A stretch of 64,000 nt of DNA, taken from positions 4,192,001 through 4,256,000 of the forward strand of contig CBDFKD010000002.1 in assembly GCA_965248695.1 (NCBI GenBank), read 5' to 3'. Below, in pieces: positions 9,263-18,804 of this stretch; the first letter of the stretch is position 1; each line of letters starts with the position of its first letter. The stretch is from Acidobacteriota bacterium (lineage in GTDB: Bacteria > Acidobacteriota > UBA890 > WLXD01). A program made the position numbers and the translations under genes. The notes under the pieces are model-generated. The model was given only the letters and a program-made list of their open reading frames with translations, had not been told where the DNA came from and ran no database searches.

Positions 9263-10759
9263 TCAGGCTCGAACGGGCGGCACCACGGTCGCCATCAGCT
9301 CGGCTACGTCATCGACGTTCTCGAGCTCAGCGATCAAGCTTTCAAGTTGCCGCAGCTGTGCACCAGGCATCATGCGGGCGCCGTCCCGCTGCAGCCAGTC
9401 AACCCAGTCGCTGCGCGGAAACGGATAGACGAACGAGTTGGCGTTGCGCACGAACCGTTGGACGCCGGCGGCGTGCACTTCGACGCGGCAGTAGCGGCCG
9501 TCGGTTTCGTGCCCGCCCTCGTAGTTGAGCAACACCTTGTCCATCTCGCTCGCGACGGCCGGGTCGTTGACCACATCGTCGGTGTAGCGCTCGGGGGCGA
9601 CCCTGCCGTCCAGTAGAGCCACCGCGAGGGCGTAGGGCAGCGACGAGTAGGCGTCGTCCCAACGATCGAACGGCGCGCGGACAGCTACCTCTGCTCGGGC
9701 CTGGCGCTGCGCCGGCAGGAACACGTCGACCCTAGCCACTCGCGCCGCGTCGAGATCGTTCTCTGCCATCAGATCCAGCAGCAGCTGAATGGCGACGGCG
9801 TTCGCCCCGGTGCCGTGGTGGCGCTTCTGCTCGGCGGTGAGGATCTCCCAATCAGTGCCCATACCCTTGATCATCGCGTCGAGCTCGTCGGGTACCGCGC
9901 CGAAGAACGTGCTGTAGAGGCCGATTCCGCCTTCGATCCCGACCCGGCTGGCATCGCCTGGACCGGTGGCCGAGAGCGGCACTGCGAAGGTGCCGTTGCG
10001 GCTGATGAAGCTGTAGAAGTGCTCGGTCTGGCCGCCTTCCGGCACCCCCATACATAGGTTGGACCCGTAGGTGAGCACGTTGGCCATGCCCGCCGCGTCA
10101 AAACCCAGCAGCTTGCCGCCGACCGTCGTGGGGCCGTAGCCGCCGAAGATCATCGTCGGACGACGCGGCCACGGCGCCGCCCAGCCGGTAACCGGACGGC
10201 CGAGCTTGCCGAGCACCTCGTAGCCGAGAACGATCGCCAGTAGCAGGTCACGACCGGAGGCGTGGGTGGCTTCGCCCAGCGCCAGCGCGGTCGGCAGCGT
10301 AACGATCCCGGCGTGGATGCCGGAGGGCCAGATGACGTCGTCGCGCCAGGTGGCGCGCATGAGCGTGCAGTTGGCGAACGCGGCGTCCGACGGCAGCAAG
10401 CGGGCCTGCTCGCCGATGACCGTCACGCCGCCTGTTGCCTGCGCAAGCCGTCCAGCGACCTTGCGAACGTGTCCGGCCTTGGCGTCGGCCGCGCCGGCGA
10501 ACGCCAGCCCGAAGTGGTAAATGAGCTGCTCCTTCGCCTTGCGGATGACATCAGGCGGGAGGTCCTCGAACCGGGCGGCGGCGACGAACTCACCGATTCG
10601 CTCCGTCGCCGTCGGGTCAGGGGAGCTCTGCGTGACCTGCGGACGCCCAGCGGCCGGCGCTGCGAGCGCCAGGCGCGGCATCGTGTTCCTGCCGAACACC
10701 GCAGCGCCCAGATTGGCGCCCAGTAGCTTGACGAGCATCCGCCGGTCCAACGGCGTCAT
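9263..10759 (-). CDS. MmgE/PrpD family protein with Tat-like leader
   Basis: 'FEDLPPDVIRKAK', 'DAAFANC', 'RDD...GIHAG', 'SGRDLLLAIVLGYEV', 'SLPYALAVALLDG'; N-term 'DRRMLVKLLG'. Confidence 0.88.
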   Translation of the reverse strand: MTPLDRRMLVKLLGANLGAAVFGRNTMPRLALAAPAAGRPQVTQSSPDPTATERIGEFVAAARFEDLPPDVIRKAKEQLIYHFGLAFAGAADAKAGHVRKVAGRLAQATGGVTVIGEQARLLPSDAAFANCTLMRATWRDDVIWPSGIHAGIVTLPTALALGEATHASGRDLLLAIVLGYEVLGKLGRPVTGWAAPWPRRPTMIFGGYGPTTVGGKLLGFDAAGMANVLTYGSNLCMGVPEGGQTEHFYSFISRNGTFAVPLSATGPGDASRVGIEGGIGLYSTFFGAVPDELDAMIKGMGTDWEILTAEQKRHHGTGANAVAIQLLLDLMAENDLDAARVARVDVFLPAQRQARAEVAVRAPFDRWDDAYSSLPYALAVALLDGRVAPERYTDDVVNDPAVASEMDKVLLNYEGGHETDGRYCRVEVHAAGVQRFVRNANSFVYPFPRSDWVDWLQRDGARMMPGAQLRQLESLIAELENVDDVAELMATVVPPVRA

Positions 10760-10823
10760 CTGGCCCTCGTACGGATCCTGGTGTGCGGCCAGCCGCGTCC
10801 TCTGCGGCCCGGTCGTCGATACC

Positions 10824-12221
10824 TCACCGAGGATCTCCTGGTGGCACCACCGTCGCCATCAGCTCGCTCACATCGTCGAGGTTCTCGAGATCGCCGATGA
10901 GGCGCTCCAGCTTCTGGAGTTGTTGCAGCGGCAACAACTGCGCTCCGTCCTCCTGCAGCCACTCGCCCCATACGCTGGGAGGAAACGGGAACAGGAAAGT
11001 GTCGGACTCGGCCGTCACCCTGCGCCCGTCGGTGGTGCGCACTTCGAGCCGCACGTAGCGTTCGATCGCGTGGCCGTCTTCGAACGACGCCGACACCTTC
11101 TGCATCTGAAGGGCGACGGCAGGGTCGTTGTAGACGCTGTCGGGGGCCGCCCACTTGTAGCGCTCGACCTCCGGTCTACCGTCCACAAGGATCAACGCCA
11201 GGGCGTAGGGGAGCGATGAGTACGCCTCCACCAGAGCGTTGAACGGGCCGCGGTTGATGTACTCGGCGCGGAAACTGCGCGCCGTGGGGAGAAAGACGTC
11301 GATCTTCGCGACGTTGTCGGCGGTGAGGCCATGCTCCTTCACCAGGCCGAGCATGAGCTCGATGGCGACGGCGCTCTGCCCGGTGCCCGGGTGCACCTTG
11401 GGCTCGGCGGTGAGGATCTCCCAGTCAGAGCCGAAGCTGGCGATCGACTCCTCGACGGTGTCCGGGATCTCACCGAAGAACGAGCGATAGAGGCCGAGCT
11501 CGCCTTCGATCGTGGTGTTGCTGAACGACGACGCACCGGCCTCGACGAGCTGGGCGGCGAGAATCCCACTGCGATTGATGAGGCTGTAGAAGTGGTTGAC
11601 CATGCCGCCCTCTGGGATCCCCATGCCGAGGTTGGCGGCAAAGCCGAGCGCGTGGTTCATGCGCTCGCGATCGAGCTTCATCAGGTGGGCGGCCACCGTG
11701 ACCGGGCCGTAACCGCCGAAGATGATCGTCGGACGGCGCGGAAAGCGCGCCGCCCACGAGTTCACCATCCGGCCCAGCGTGCCGAGCACCTCGTAGCCGA
11801 GCACCATGGCCAGCAACAACTCACGGCCCGAGGCGTGTCGCAGCTCGCCGATGGCAAGCGCCGTGGGCAGGGTAATCACGCCGGCATGGATTCCCGCTGG
11901 GAACGTGACGTCGTCGCGCGTCGAGCCGCGCATCTGGCTGCAGTTGGCGAATGCGGCGTCGGCGGGGAGCAGACGAGTGTTCGAGCCGATAACCGTGGCG
12001 CCGTTGGGTTGCTCGATCTGCCGTGCCACTTCGAGCGCCTGTCTTCCCATCGGTTCGGAAGCGCCCTCGAAGGCGCGGCCGAAGAAGAAGACGATGAGCT
12101 CTTTGGCCTTGCGGATGACCTCCGGGGGCAGATCCTCGAAGCGGGCACTCACGAGAGATTCGGCGATGCGCTCGCTCATCGTTCGCGGCGCTGCGATCGC
12201 ATTCTGCGGCGGCCGACTCAT
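10824..12221 (-). CDS. MmgE/PrpD family protein, no leader
   Basis: Same motifs; ATG at 12221 overlaps stop codon of upstream paralog (ATGA). Confidence 0.88.
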   Translation of the reverse strand: MSRPPQNAIAAPRTMSERIAESLVSARFEDLPPEVIRKAKELIVFFFGRAFEGASEPMGRQALEVARQIEQPNGATVIGSNTRLLPADAAFANCSQMRGSTRDDVTFPAGIHAGVITLPTALAIGELRHASGRELLLAMVLGYEVLGTLGRMVNSWAARFPRRPTIIFGGYGPVTVAAHLMKLDRERMNHALGFAANLGMGIPEGGMVNHFYSLINRSGILAAQLVEAGASSFSNTTIEGELGLYRSFFGEIPDTVEESIASFGSDWEILTAEPKVHPGTGQSAVAIELMLGLVKEHGLTADNVAKIDVFLPTARSFRAEYINRGPFNALVEAYSSLPYALALILVDGRPEVERYKWAAPDSVYNDPAVALQMQKVSASFEDGHAIERYVRLEVRTTDGRRVTAESDTFLFPFPPSVWGEWLQEDGAQLLPLQQLQKLERLIGDLENLDDVSELMATVVPPGDPR

Positions 12222-13756
12222 TGGTGCCCTCCAGGATTCCTGCGGGGCGGGTCCGACGCGCCCGACGGTACCACCGTCGCCATCAGCTCCGACACATCGT
12301 CGAGGCTCTCGAGGTCGCCGATGAGCTGTTCGAGTCGTTGCAACTGCTGTGGCGAAAGCAGCCGTAGTCCATCGAGCTGCAGCCACTCACCCCAGACGCT
12401 GCGCGGAAAGGCGAACTCGTAGACATCGGCGTCGCGTATCAGTGTGGCGCCATCGACAGTGCGGACCTCCAGTCGGCAGTAGCGCTCGATCTCGTGCCCG
12501 TCCTCGAAAGTGACCTCGATCTTCGGTAGCTGGCGCGCGATTTTTTCGTCGACGGGGGCATCCGAATAGCGCCCAGGACCGACCTTGCCGTCCACCAGGG
12601 CTACCGACAACGCGTACGGCATCGACGAGAAGCGGTTGGCGCCAGGTCCGAATGGGCCGCGGAAGACGAACTCCTCGCGGAACCTGCGCTCCGTGGGCAG
12701 GAAGACGTCGATCTTCGCCACCCGGTCGGCAGTGAGGTCGTGGTCCCTCACCAGGCCCAACAACAACTCGATGGCGATCGTGCTCTGCCCGGTGCCGTGA
12801 TGGCGCTTTTGCTCCGCCTTGAAGATCTCCCAATCAGATCCCAGGTCGTCGATCAGGCCCGGCAGCGAGACCGGGATCTTGCCGAAGAACGTCTGGTACA
12901 GGCCGAGATCGCCCTCGATGGTCGCTCGACTCCCAGGCGTGCCGCCTGCCTCTGCCAGCAGCGCCGCGAAGGTCGCGTTGCCCGCTACCAGGCTGAAGTA
13001 GTGCTCGGTCTGCCCACCCTCGGGCACGCCCATCCCGAGGTTGGCGGCGTAGCCGAGCGCGCTGGCCATCCGTTCTCGATCGAGCCCCATCAGGCGCCCC
13101 GACACCACGATCGGCGCGTAGCCGCCCCAGACCATCGTCGCGCGTCGAATCCACGGCGCCGCCCACGAATTGATCACGTTGCCGAGCTTGCCGGCGACCT
13201 CGTAGCCGAGAACCATCGCCAACAGAACCTCGCGCCCCGACAGCCGGTGGACCTCGCCGAGCGCCAGCGCGGTGGGCAACGTGCCGAGGCCGGCGTGAAT
13301 GCCGGAGGGGAAGAGCACATCGTCGCGGAAAGTCGACCGCATGAGGGTGCAGTTGGCGAACGCCGCGTCAGCCGGTAGCAGACGGTACGGCTCGCCGATG
13401 ATGGTGGCGCCGCCGGTGTGCTGGTCTTGCTGGCGTGCCAGGGCACGCATGTGCTCGGCCTTGTGATCGAACGAGCCCCCGAATGCCAAACCGAAGTGGT
13501 AGACGATCTGCTCCTTGGCCCGCTCGACGACGGCCCGCGGCAGGTCGTCGAAGCGGGCGTCGACGATCGTGTCGGCGATCTGCTCACTCAGCGTGCTGGC
13601 GGTGCTGGCGCCGGTTGGCGGAGCGGCCGCGTCCGACTGCCAGCCAGGTCTCGCGGCGGAGACGGCCACACCCATCAGCAGGTGCCGGCCGACCGCGAAC
13701 GTCCCCAGGTTCGCGCCCATGCCCTGGATCAGGCGGCGCCGGTCCACCGAGCCCAA
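12218..13756 (-). CDS. MmgE/PrpD family protein with Tat-like leader
   Basis: Same motifs; probable TTG start at 13756 after GGAGAG; 'DRRRLIQGMGANLG'. Confidence 0.86.
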   Translation of the reverse strand: MGSVDRRRLIQGMGANLGTFAVGRHLLMGVAVSAARPGWQSDAAAPPTGASTASTLSEQIADTIVDARFDDLPRAVVERAKEQIVYHFGLAFGGSFDHKAEHMRALARQQDQHTGGATIIGEPYRLLPADAAFANCTLMRSTFRDDVLFPSGIHAGLGTLPTALALGEVHRLSGREVLLAMVLGYEVAGKLGNVINSWAAPWIRRATMVWGGYAPIVVSGRLMGLDRERMASALGYAANLGMGVPEGGQTEHYFSLVAGNATFAALLAEAGGTPGSRATIEGDLGLYQTFFGKIPVSLPGLIDDLGSDWEIFKAEQKRHHGTGQSTIAIELLLGLVRDHDLTADRVAKIDVFLPTERRFREEFVFRGPFGPGANRFSSMPYALSVALVDGKVGPGRYSDAPVDEKIARQLPKIEVTFEDGHEIERYCRLEVRTVDGATLIRDADVYEFAFPRSVWGEWLQLDGLRLLSPQQLQRLEQLIGDLESLDDVSELMATVVPSGASDPPRRNPGGHQ

Positions 13757-13791
13757 CGATGCTCTCCGATCGCTCCGGACGGAGCGAAGTT

Positions 13792-14151
13792 CTAGGGAGC
13801 GAGGTTGATCATGTCGGCATTCATCACGTCTGGAGTGATGAAGCTGCCGCTGAAGTTCACCTGGTCGAAGTACTCCAGGAATCCCGCTTCCCTGGCCGCA
13901 GCCTCCAGCCGATCGCTGAAATCCTTGCTCGGTAGCCGCCACACGGCCATGTATCTGTAGTCCATCCGCTCACTGCCGGTGTTGTCGTTGAGGGCGCAGG
14001 CCAGTATCTCAGCCCCTTCGCCCAGCAGACCGCCCAGCAAAGGGCCGATCTTGTCTGCGAAGAACTGAGCTCGGTCTTCTACAGAGAGATCCAGCCAAGT
14101 GGACTTCGCCTTCCATATCTCCGTGAGGATGTAGCCGTTCTGGCCCATCAC
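13792..14151 (-). CDS. DUF6616-like small alpha/beta protein
   Basis: 'YILTEIWKAKSTWLDLS...YRYMAVWRLP...GFLEYFDQVN' pattern; RBS present. Confidence 0.6.
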   Translation of the reverse strand: MMGQNGYILTEIWKAKSTWLDLSVEDRAQFFADKIGPLLGGLLGEGAEILACALNDNTGSERMDYRYMAVWRLPSKDFSDRLEAAAREAGFLEYFDQVNFSGSFITPDVMNADMINLAP

Positions 14152-14162
14152 GATCTCCTCCT

Positions 14163-15650
14163 TCAGTTCACGGGAGAGAGCAGTGTCATCAACTTGCCAA
14201 TGTCATCGACCTGCTCGAGGTCCTGCACCATCGATGCGAACTGTTCGAGGTTGGCCCGCGGCACAAACTCCTCGCCGTCGCGCGACAGCCACGCGACGCC
14301 GTCGATGGGTGGGAAGACGTAGTCGTCGCCCTGGCGCTCGATCGTGCCGCCGTCGACAGTCGTGATGCGGATGCGCGCGTAGCGCGTGTTGGCCCGGGGC
14401 GTGAGCGTGACCGACATGCGGTCGACGACATCCAGGATCTCGGGGTTGTCCAGCTGGTCGTAGCGGGCGAAGTCGATGCGCCCGTCGAGCAGGATGATCG
14501 CCGTCTGGAAGCACACCGAGGCGGAGGACTGGGTACGGGTCGGGAAGGGCCCGGTGGAGTGGCCATCCTCGAAGTGGATCCGGTCATCGGGCAGCTCGAA
14601 CTCGACCTGGGCCACGTTGTCGGCGCTGAGCCCGTGCTGCTCGACGAGCTCGAGCATCATCTGTATCGGGACGATGTTCATCGCCGTGCCCGGGTAGCGC
14701 TTTTGCGTGGCGCGGAGAATCTCGGGATCGGTCCCCATCCGCGGCACGATGTCGTCGTCGGCCGGCACGGTTCCGACCAGCGATGCGTAGAAGCCGTACT
14801 GACCCTCCAGGATCGTTGGCGCGGTCTCTCCGCCGGCCTGCGCCACCACCGCGGCGGTGATGCCGTTGCGGTTGAGCCAGCCGTACACGTGTGTCGGTTG
14901 CTGCTCGTTGCCCTCCAGCAGACCCATGGCGGAGTCGGCGGCGTAGCCGATGGCGTTGGCCGTCTGCACAGCGTCGAGCCGCAGTAGCATCGACGTGACG
15001 GTGGCCACCGGGAAAGCCCCAAATGGCATCGACGGCCGACGCGGCGCGATACCGACGGAGGGGTCGTCGACGATCATCTTGCCGAGCACTTCGTAGCCGG
15101 TGACGATCGCCGCCAGCACCTCCTTGCCGGAGCTGTGTTGTTGCTCGCCTATCGCCAGCGCCGCGGGATAGTTCAGCAGCCCGGGATGGGTGGCCGACGG
15201 GAACAGCACGTCGTCGAAGCCGAGCGCGCGCATGAACGTGGCGTTGGCAAATGCCGCCTCCAGCGGTGGCGCCTGGAACGGCTGACCGATGACGGTGGAC
15301 TGGCCGCGGCCTCCACCGAGCCGCCGCGCAATGGCGATCGCCTGACTACCGTGGTCGGTGAGCGCGCCGCTGAACGCCAGGCCTACCTGGTAGATCAGAT
15401 GCTCCTTCGCCCGATCAACAGCTGCCGGATCGAGATCCGCGAAACGGACGCCGACGATGTAGTCGGCGATGCGGCGGGCGAGCGGCGTCTGAGGGGAGCC
15501 GTCCAGGGCGGCCACCCAGGACCGCGTCGGTGGCCGCATGCCCGCGAACACCGGCGCGACCAGCGAGGCGCACACTGCGCGGCAAACGGTCCGTCGCGTT
15601 GGTAGCGCCCGACTCGGGGTCATCCGCCTGCCTGCTTTTGTAGCGCTCAT
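14163..15650 (-). CDS. MmgE/PrpD family protein with Tat-like leader
   Basis: 'EAAFANATFMRALGFDD...THPG', 'GYEV', 'ILEGQYGFY', 'KRYPG'; N-term 'PTRRTVCRAV'. Confidence 0.88.
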   Translation of the reverse strand: MSATKAGRRMTPSRALPTRRTVCRAVCASLVAPVFAGMRPPTRSWVAALDGSPQTPLARRIADYIVGVRFADLDPAAVDRAKEHLIYQVGLAFSGALTDHGSQAIAIARRLGGGRGQSTVIGQPFQAPPLEAAFANATFMRALGFDDVLFPSATHPGLLNYPAALAIGEQQHSSGKEVLAAIVTGYEVLGKMIVDDPSVGIAPRRPSMPFGAFPVATVTSMLLRLDAVQTANAIGYAADSAMGLLEGNEQQPTHVYGWLNRNGITAAVVAQAGGETAPTILEGQYGFYASLVGTVPADDDIVPRMGTDPEILRATQKRYPGTAMNIVPIQMMLELVEQHGLSADNVAQVEFELPDDRIHFEDGHSTGPFPTRTQSSASVCFQTAIILLDGRIDFARYDQLDNPEILDVVDRMSVTLTPRANTRYARIRITTVDGGTIERQGDDYVFPPIDGVAWLSRDGEEFVPRANLEQFASMVQDLEQVDDIGKLMTLLSPVN

Positions 15651-15777
15651 TCAATGGCTCGGTTCTTGAGCCCCGACTGCTGATCGGGATCGCAACTTAG
15701 GTCATACTCCCTCGGTTTTCCAGGAACACGCGGGCACCGTCGGCACCGGTGCTGACGCGAGCGAGGACGCAACGCCG

Positions 15778-17286
15778 ATGGGCAGAGAGCGTCGGAGGCG
15801 GTGGAGCACCCATGCGCGCCTGAGGAATGCCTCCTGGCCCGGATGGACGATCCTGCTGTGCATCGGATTTGCCGTGACTGCGGCGGCGACGCCCATTGCC
15901 GTGGCCGCTTCGGCTCAAGCGCCCCGCTCGGCGACGGAGTTCGGGCTCAATCGTGTCGCCAAGATCCTCTGCTCCGCAGTCTTCGTCTCGGGCCGCGAAC
16001 TGCAGGAGGCGCTGCACAACAGCGCTTATCGGGTCTTGCCAGAGCCGGATTGGCAGCGGCTGGCGGCGCGCTCGAAGGGTGACGCCGGAGCGGAGATCGT
16101 CCTGGACCGGGCGGCCGGGACCGTCAGTGTGTTGCTGCACGACTACGCGGGGCGTGCCAGGTACTACGACGATCAGGGCTGCGTGATTCTCCCGCCCGGG
16201 CTGGATGAGGTCTTCTTCGAGCCCCTGGAGGTCGAATCCGCGTTGCCGGATTCCGATACCCAGCCGTGGCCGATGGGCGACTCCATCCCGGTGCGGCCAC
16301 CGGTCGCAAAGCTGGATCCGGCGATAGTCAAGGACGCGATTGAAGCGGCGTTTGCGCCCGACGGATTGACCGCTGCGCTCGTAGCGGTCCACGAAGGCCG
16401 GATCGTCGCCGAGCGCTACGGCCAAGGGGCCACGATGGCCACACAGCTCGAGAGCTGGTCGATGGGCAAGAGCCTCACCGCCACGCTGATCGGGGTGCTT
16501 GTACAGCAGGGGCACCTGCGCCTGGACGATCCGGCGCCAGTCGCACTCTGGCACCAGGATCCCGACGATCCCCGTCGTGCGATCACGATCCGCGACCTGA
16601 TGCGCATGAGCTCCGGCCTGCGGTTCACTCACGCCAGCCAGCCGGCCCACGAGTGGGGCCGAGGCACCCCCGATCACCTTTACATCTACGCGGCCGCCAC
16701 CGACGCCTTCAACCTGGCGGTCACCCGGCCGGCGGAGTTTCCGCCGGGGACCGTTGGCCGTTATCGCAACTCCGATCCGCTGATCCTGGGTTACGTCATC
16801 CAGCAGACGGTCGAGCACCTCGGGCACCGCTACCTGTCATGGCCGCAGAAAGCGTTGTTCGACCGCGTCGGCGTTCGCGAGCAGGTGCTCGAGACCGACG
16901 CCTACGGCAACTTCCTGCTCACCGGCCACGACTTCGGCACCGGGAGAAACTGGGCACGCCTCGGGCTGCTGTACCTGCAGGACGGTGTCTGGCAGGGCGA
17001 GCGCATCCTGCCCGAGGGATGGGCGGAGTTTGTCAGCTCCCCGGCGCCGGCCTGGGATCCACCTGTGTATGGTGGACTCTTCTGGGTAAACAGCGACGGC
17101 CGCTGGAACGCGCCGCAGAGCGCTTATTACATGAGCGGAGCGGGAGGGCAGAATGTCATCATCGTGCCGAGCCACAATCTCGTCGTTGCGCGGCTCGGAC
17201 ACTCGCGCGGCGGGCAGGCCGGGCAAGCTGCACTCAACGTAGCGCTCGGCAAGCTCATCGAGGCGATCGATGCGTCCCGGCGATAG
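15778..17286 (+). CDS. Secreted serine hydrolase, beta-lactamase/AmpC fold
   Basis: SxxK 'SWSMGKS', YxN 'YRN', 'GAGGQ', signal peptide-like N-terminus. Confidence 0.9.
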   Translation: MGRERRRRWSTHARLRNASWPGWTILLCIGFAVTAAATPIAVAASAQAPRSATEFGLNRVAKILCSAVFVSGRELQEALHNSAYRVLPEPDWQRLAARSKGDAGAEIVLDRAAGTVSVLLHDYAGRARYYDDQGCVILPPGLDEVFFEPLEVESALPDSDTQPWPMGDSIPVRPPVAKLDPAIVKDAIEAAFAPDGLTAALVAVHEGRIVAERYGQGATMATQLESWSMGKSLTATLIGVLVQQGHLRLDDPAPVALWHQDPDDPRRAITIRDLMRMSSGLRFTHASQPAHEWGRGTPDHLYIYAAATDAFNLAVTRPAEFPPGTVGRYRNSDPLILGYVIQQTVEHLGHRYLSWPQKALFDRVGVREQVLETDAYGNFLLTGHDFGTGRNWARLGLLYLQDGVWQGERILPEGWAEFVSSPAPAWDPPVYGGLFWVNSDGRWNAPQSAYYMSGAGGQNVIIVPSHNLVVARLGHSRGGQAGQAALNVALGKLIEAIDASRR

Positions 17287-17366
17287 TCTTCGCACCGGGT
17301 ATTCCCATGTAGGATCGAGCCGATGCACCGGAACCGCATCTTCCCTCTGTCCATGACGAGGCTGCC

Positions 17367-18590
17367 GTGAAGAGAGCCAGCGCCGTGACCACAGTTCTGA
17401 TCCTCGCCGTCGCCGTGCCGTCGGCCCTTGTCCCAGTCGCTGCCGAGTCGGCCGACAAGCGCGCCATCATACTTCCCGGCGCTGGCCCCGATCTGCCCTT
17501 CAGCCACGCGGTCTGGACCGGCGATTTCCTCTACACCGCCGGCGCACTCGGGAGGGTCCCGGGCGAGGGTTACCCGGGCGGCATCGAGGCGCAGACGCGA
17601 CAGACCTTCGCCAACCTCGAGCGTGTGCTGCAGGCCGCTGGCTCGGAGCTGTCGCGGGTAGTCAGCCTGAACGTGTTCCTCGCCGATGATCGCCACTATG
17701 ACGGCATGAATAAGGTCTTCCGCGAGGTCTTCCCGGGCGACGCGCCGACCCGCACCACGGTACGCACGGATCTGGCGGCGACGGCCGGCCTCATCGAGAT
17801 GTCGATGGTGGCAGTGCGCGAGGGGGTGGAGCTGCAGCGGATCATGCCGGACGGTTGGCAGCCGTCCGGTGCGGGATACGCACACGGGATTCTCGCCGGC
17901 GACACCCTGTTCGTGGCTGGCGCAATATCGATCGATCCCGCCAGCGGGGCGATCGTGGCCGGGGACATCGCGACGCAAACGGAGCGCACGCTCGCCAACG
18001 TCGGACGGGTGCTCGAAGCAGCGGGAATGAGCTACGGCGATCTGGTCGCCAACCGCGTGTACCTGCGCGACGCGCGCCACTTCGACGCCATGAACGCGGC
18101 TTATCGTCCGGTGTTTGGCGCCGAGCCACCGGCGCGCGCCACCATGCGCGCTGGCGTGATGCACCCTGACCTTCTGATCGAGATCCAGTCGGTGGCGGTG
18201 AAGGATGCCGGTCGCAGCGTCGGAGGAAAAGCGAATCCCGCCAGCCCGTTCTCGCCGTCGATCGTCGCCGGCGGACGGCAGTTCTTGCAGGGGATGACCG
18301 GCTGGGACGAGTCGGGCTACCCACCCGCCGATGTGAAGGCGCAGACGCGCTTGGCCATCGAGAAGATCGAGGCCACGCTGGCCGCGACTGGGCTCGACCT
18401 CGGAGACCTCGTGGACAGTAGGGTGTATCTGTCCGACATACGGTATTTCGCCGACATGAACGAGATCTACCGCGAGATGATCCCGTCGCCCCGGCCGACG
18501 CGTACTACCGTGGAAGCAGTGCTCATGGGGCCCGATGCCCTGGTGGAGATCATGGTGGTGGCCGACGCCGCCAGCGCCTCGCCGCGATGA
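17367..18590 (+). CDS. Secreted triple-domain RidA/YjgF/UK114 protein
   Basis: Three repeats each with 'QT/R..L', 'MN..Y/F', 'P(T/A)R(T/A)T', 'LIE/LVE'; Sec-type signal peptide. Confidence 0.88.
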   Translation: MKRASAVTTVLILAVAVPSALVPVAAESADKRAIILPGAGPDLPFSHAVWTGDFLYTAGALGRVPGEGYPGGIEAQTRQTFANLERVLQAAGSELSRVVSLNVFLADDRHYDGMNKVFREVFPGDAPTRTTVRTDLAATAGLIEMSMVAVREGVELQRIMPDGWQPSGAGYAHGILAGDTLFVAGAISIDPASGAIVAGDIATQTERTLANVGRVLEAAGMSYGDLVANRVYLRDARHFDAMNAAYRPVFGAEPPARATMRAGVMHPDLLIEIQSVAVKDAGRSVGGKANPASPFSPSIVAGGRQFLQGMTGWDESGYPPADVKAQTRLAIEKIEATLAATGLDLGDLVDSRVYLSDIRYFADMNEIYREMIPSPRPTRTTVEAVLMGPDALVEIMVVADAASASPR

Positions 18591-18719
18591 TCAGTCGGCG
18601 AAGCTGACGCGGAAAAACACGGCGTACAGGATCGGCACCACCCCCAGCGTGAGCACGGTGGCAAACAGGGCAGTCTGCCCCCTCACGAGCGCCTGCAGCG
18701 CGGTTTTCGGCGAATTCAT
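18591..18719 (-). pseudogene. 42-codon ORF resembling the last TM helix/C-terminus of an AcrB/AcrD/AcrF RND transporter
   Basis: Manual translation MNSPKTALQALVRGQTALFATVLTLGVVPILYAVFFRVSFAD*. Confidence 0.5.
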
Positions 18720-18744
18720 GAAACTCGCCGGCATAGTGTACGTT

Positions 18745-18755
18745 ACATAGTATGT
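18745..18755. promoter_or_regulatory. Short palindrome upstream of padR #2, putative operator
   Basis: ACATA-g-TATGT, within a catagt..catagt direct repeat in an AT-rich patch. Confidence 0.4.
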
Positions 18756-18804
18756 GTGCCTGAATCACGGGGGCATGAGGCCGCCCGCTGAGGCTGGAGA
18801 GATC

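Noticed and set aside
9281-12320. Dispersed ~50-bp DNA repeats as a CRISPR or REP array
   Set aside because: They are the homologous 3' ends of paralogous PrpD-like genes, 1.4-1.6 kb apart.
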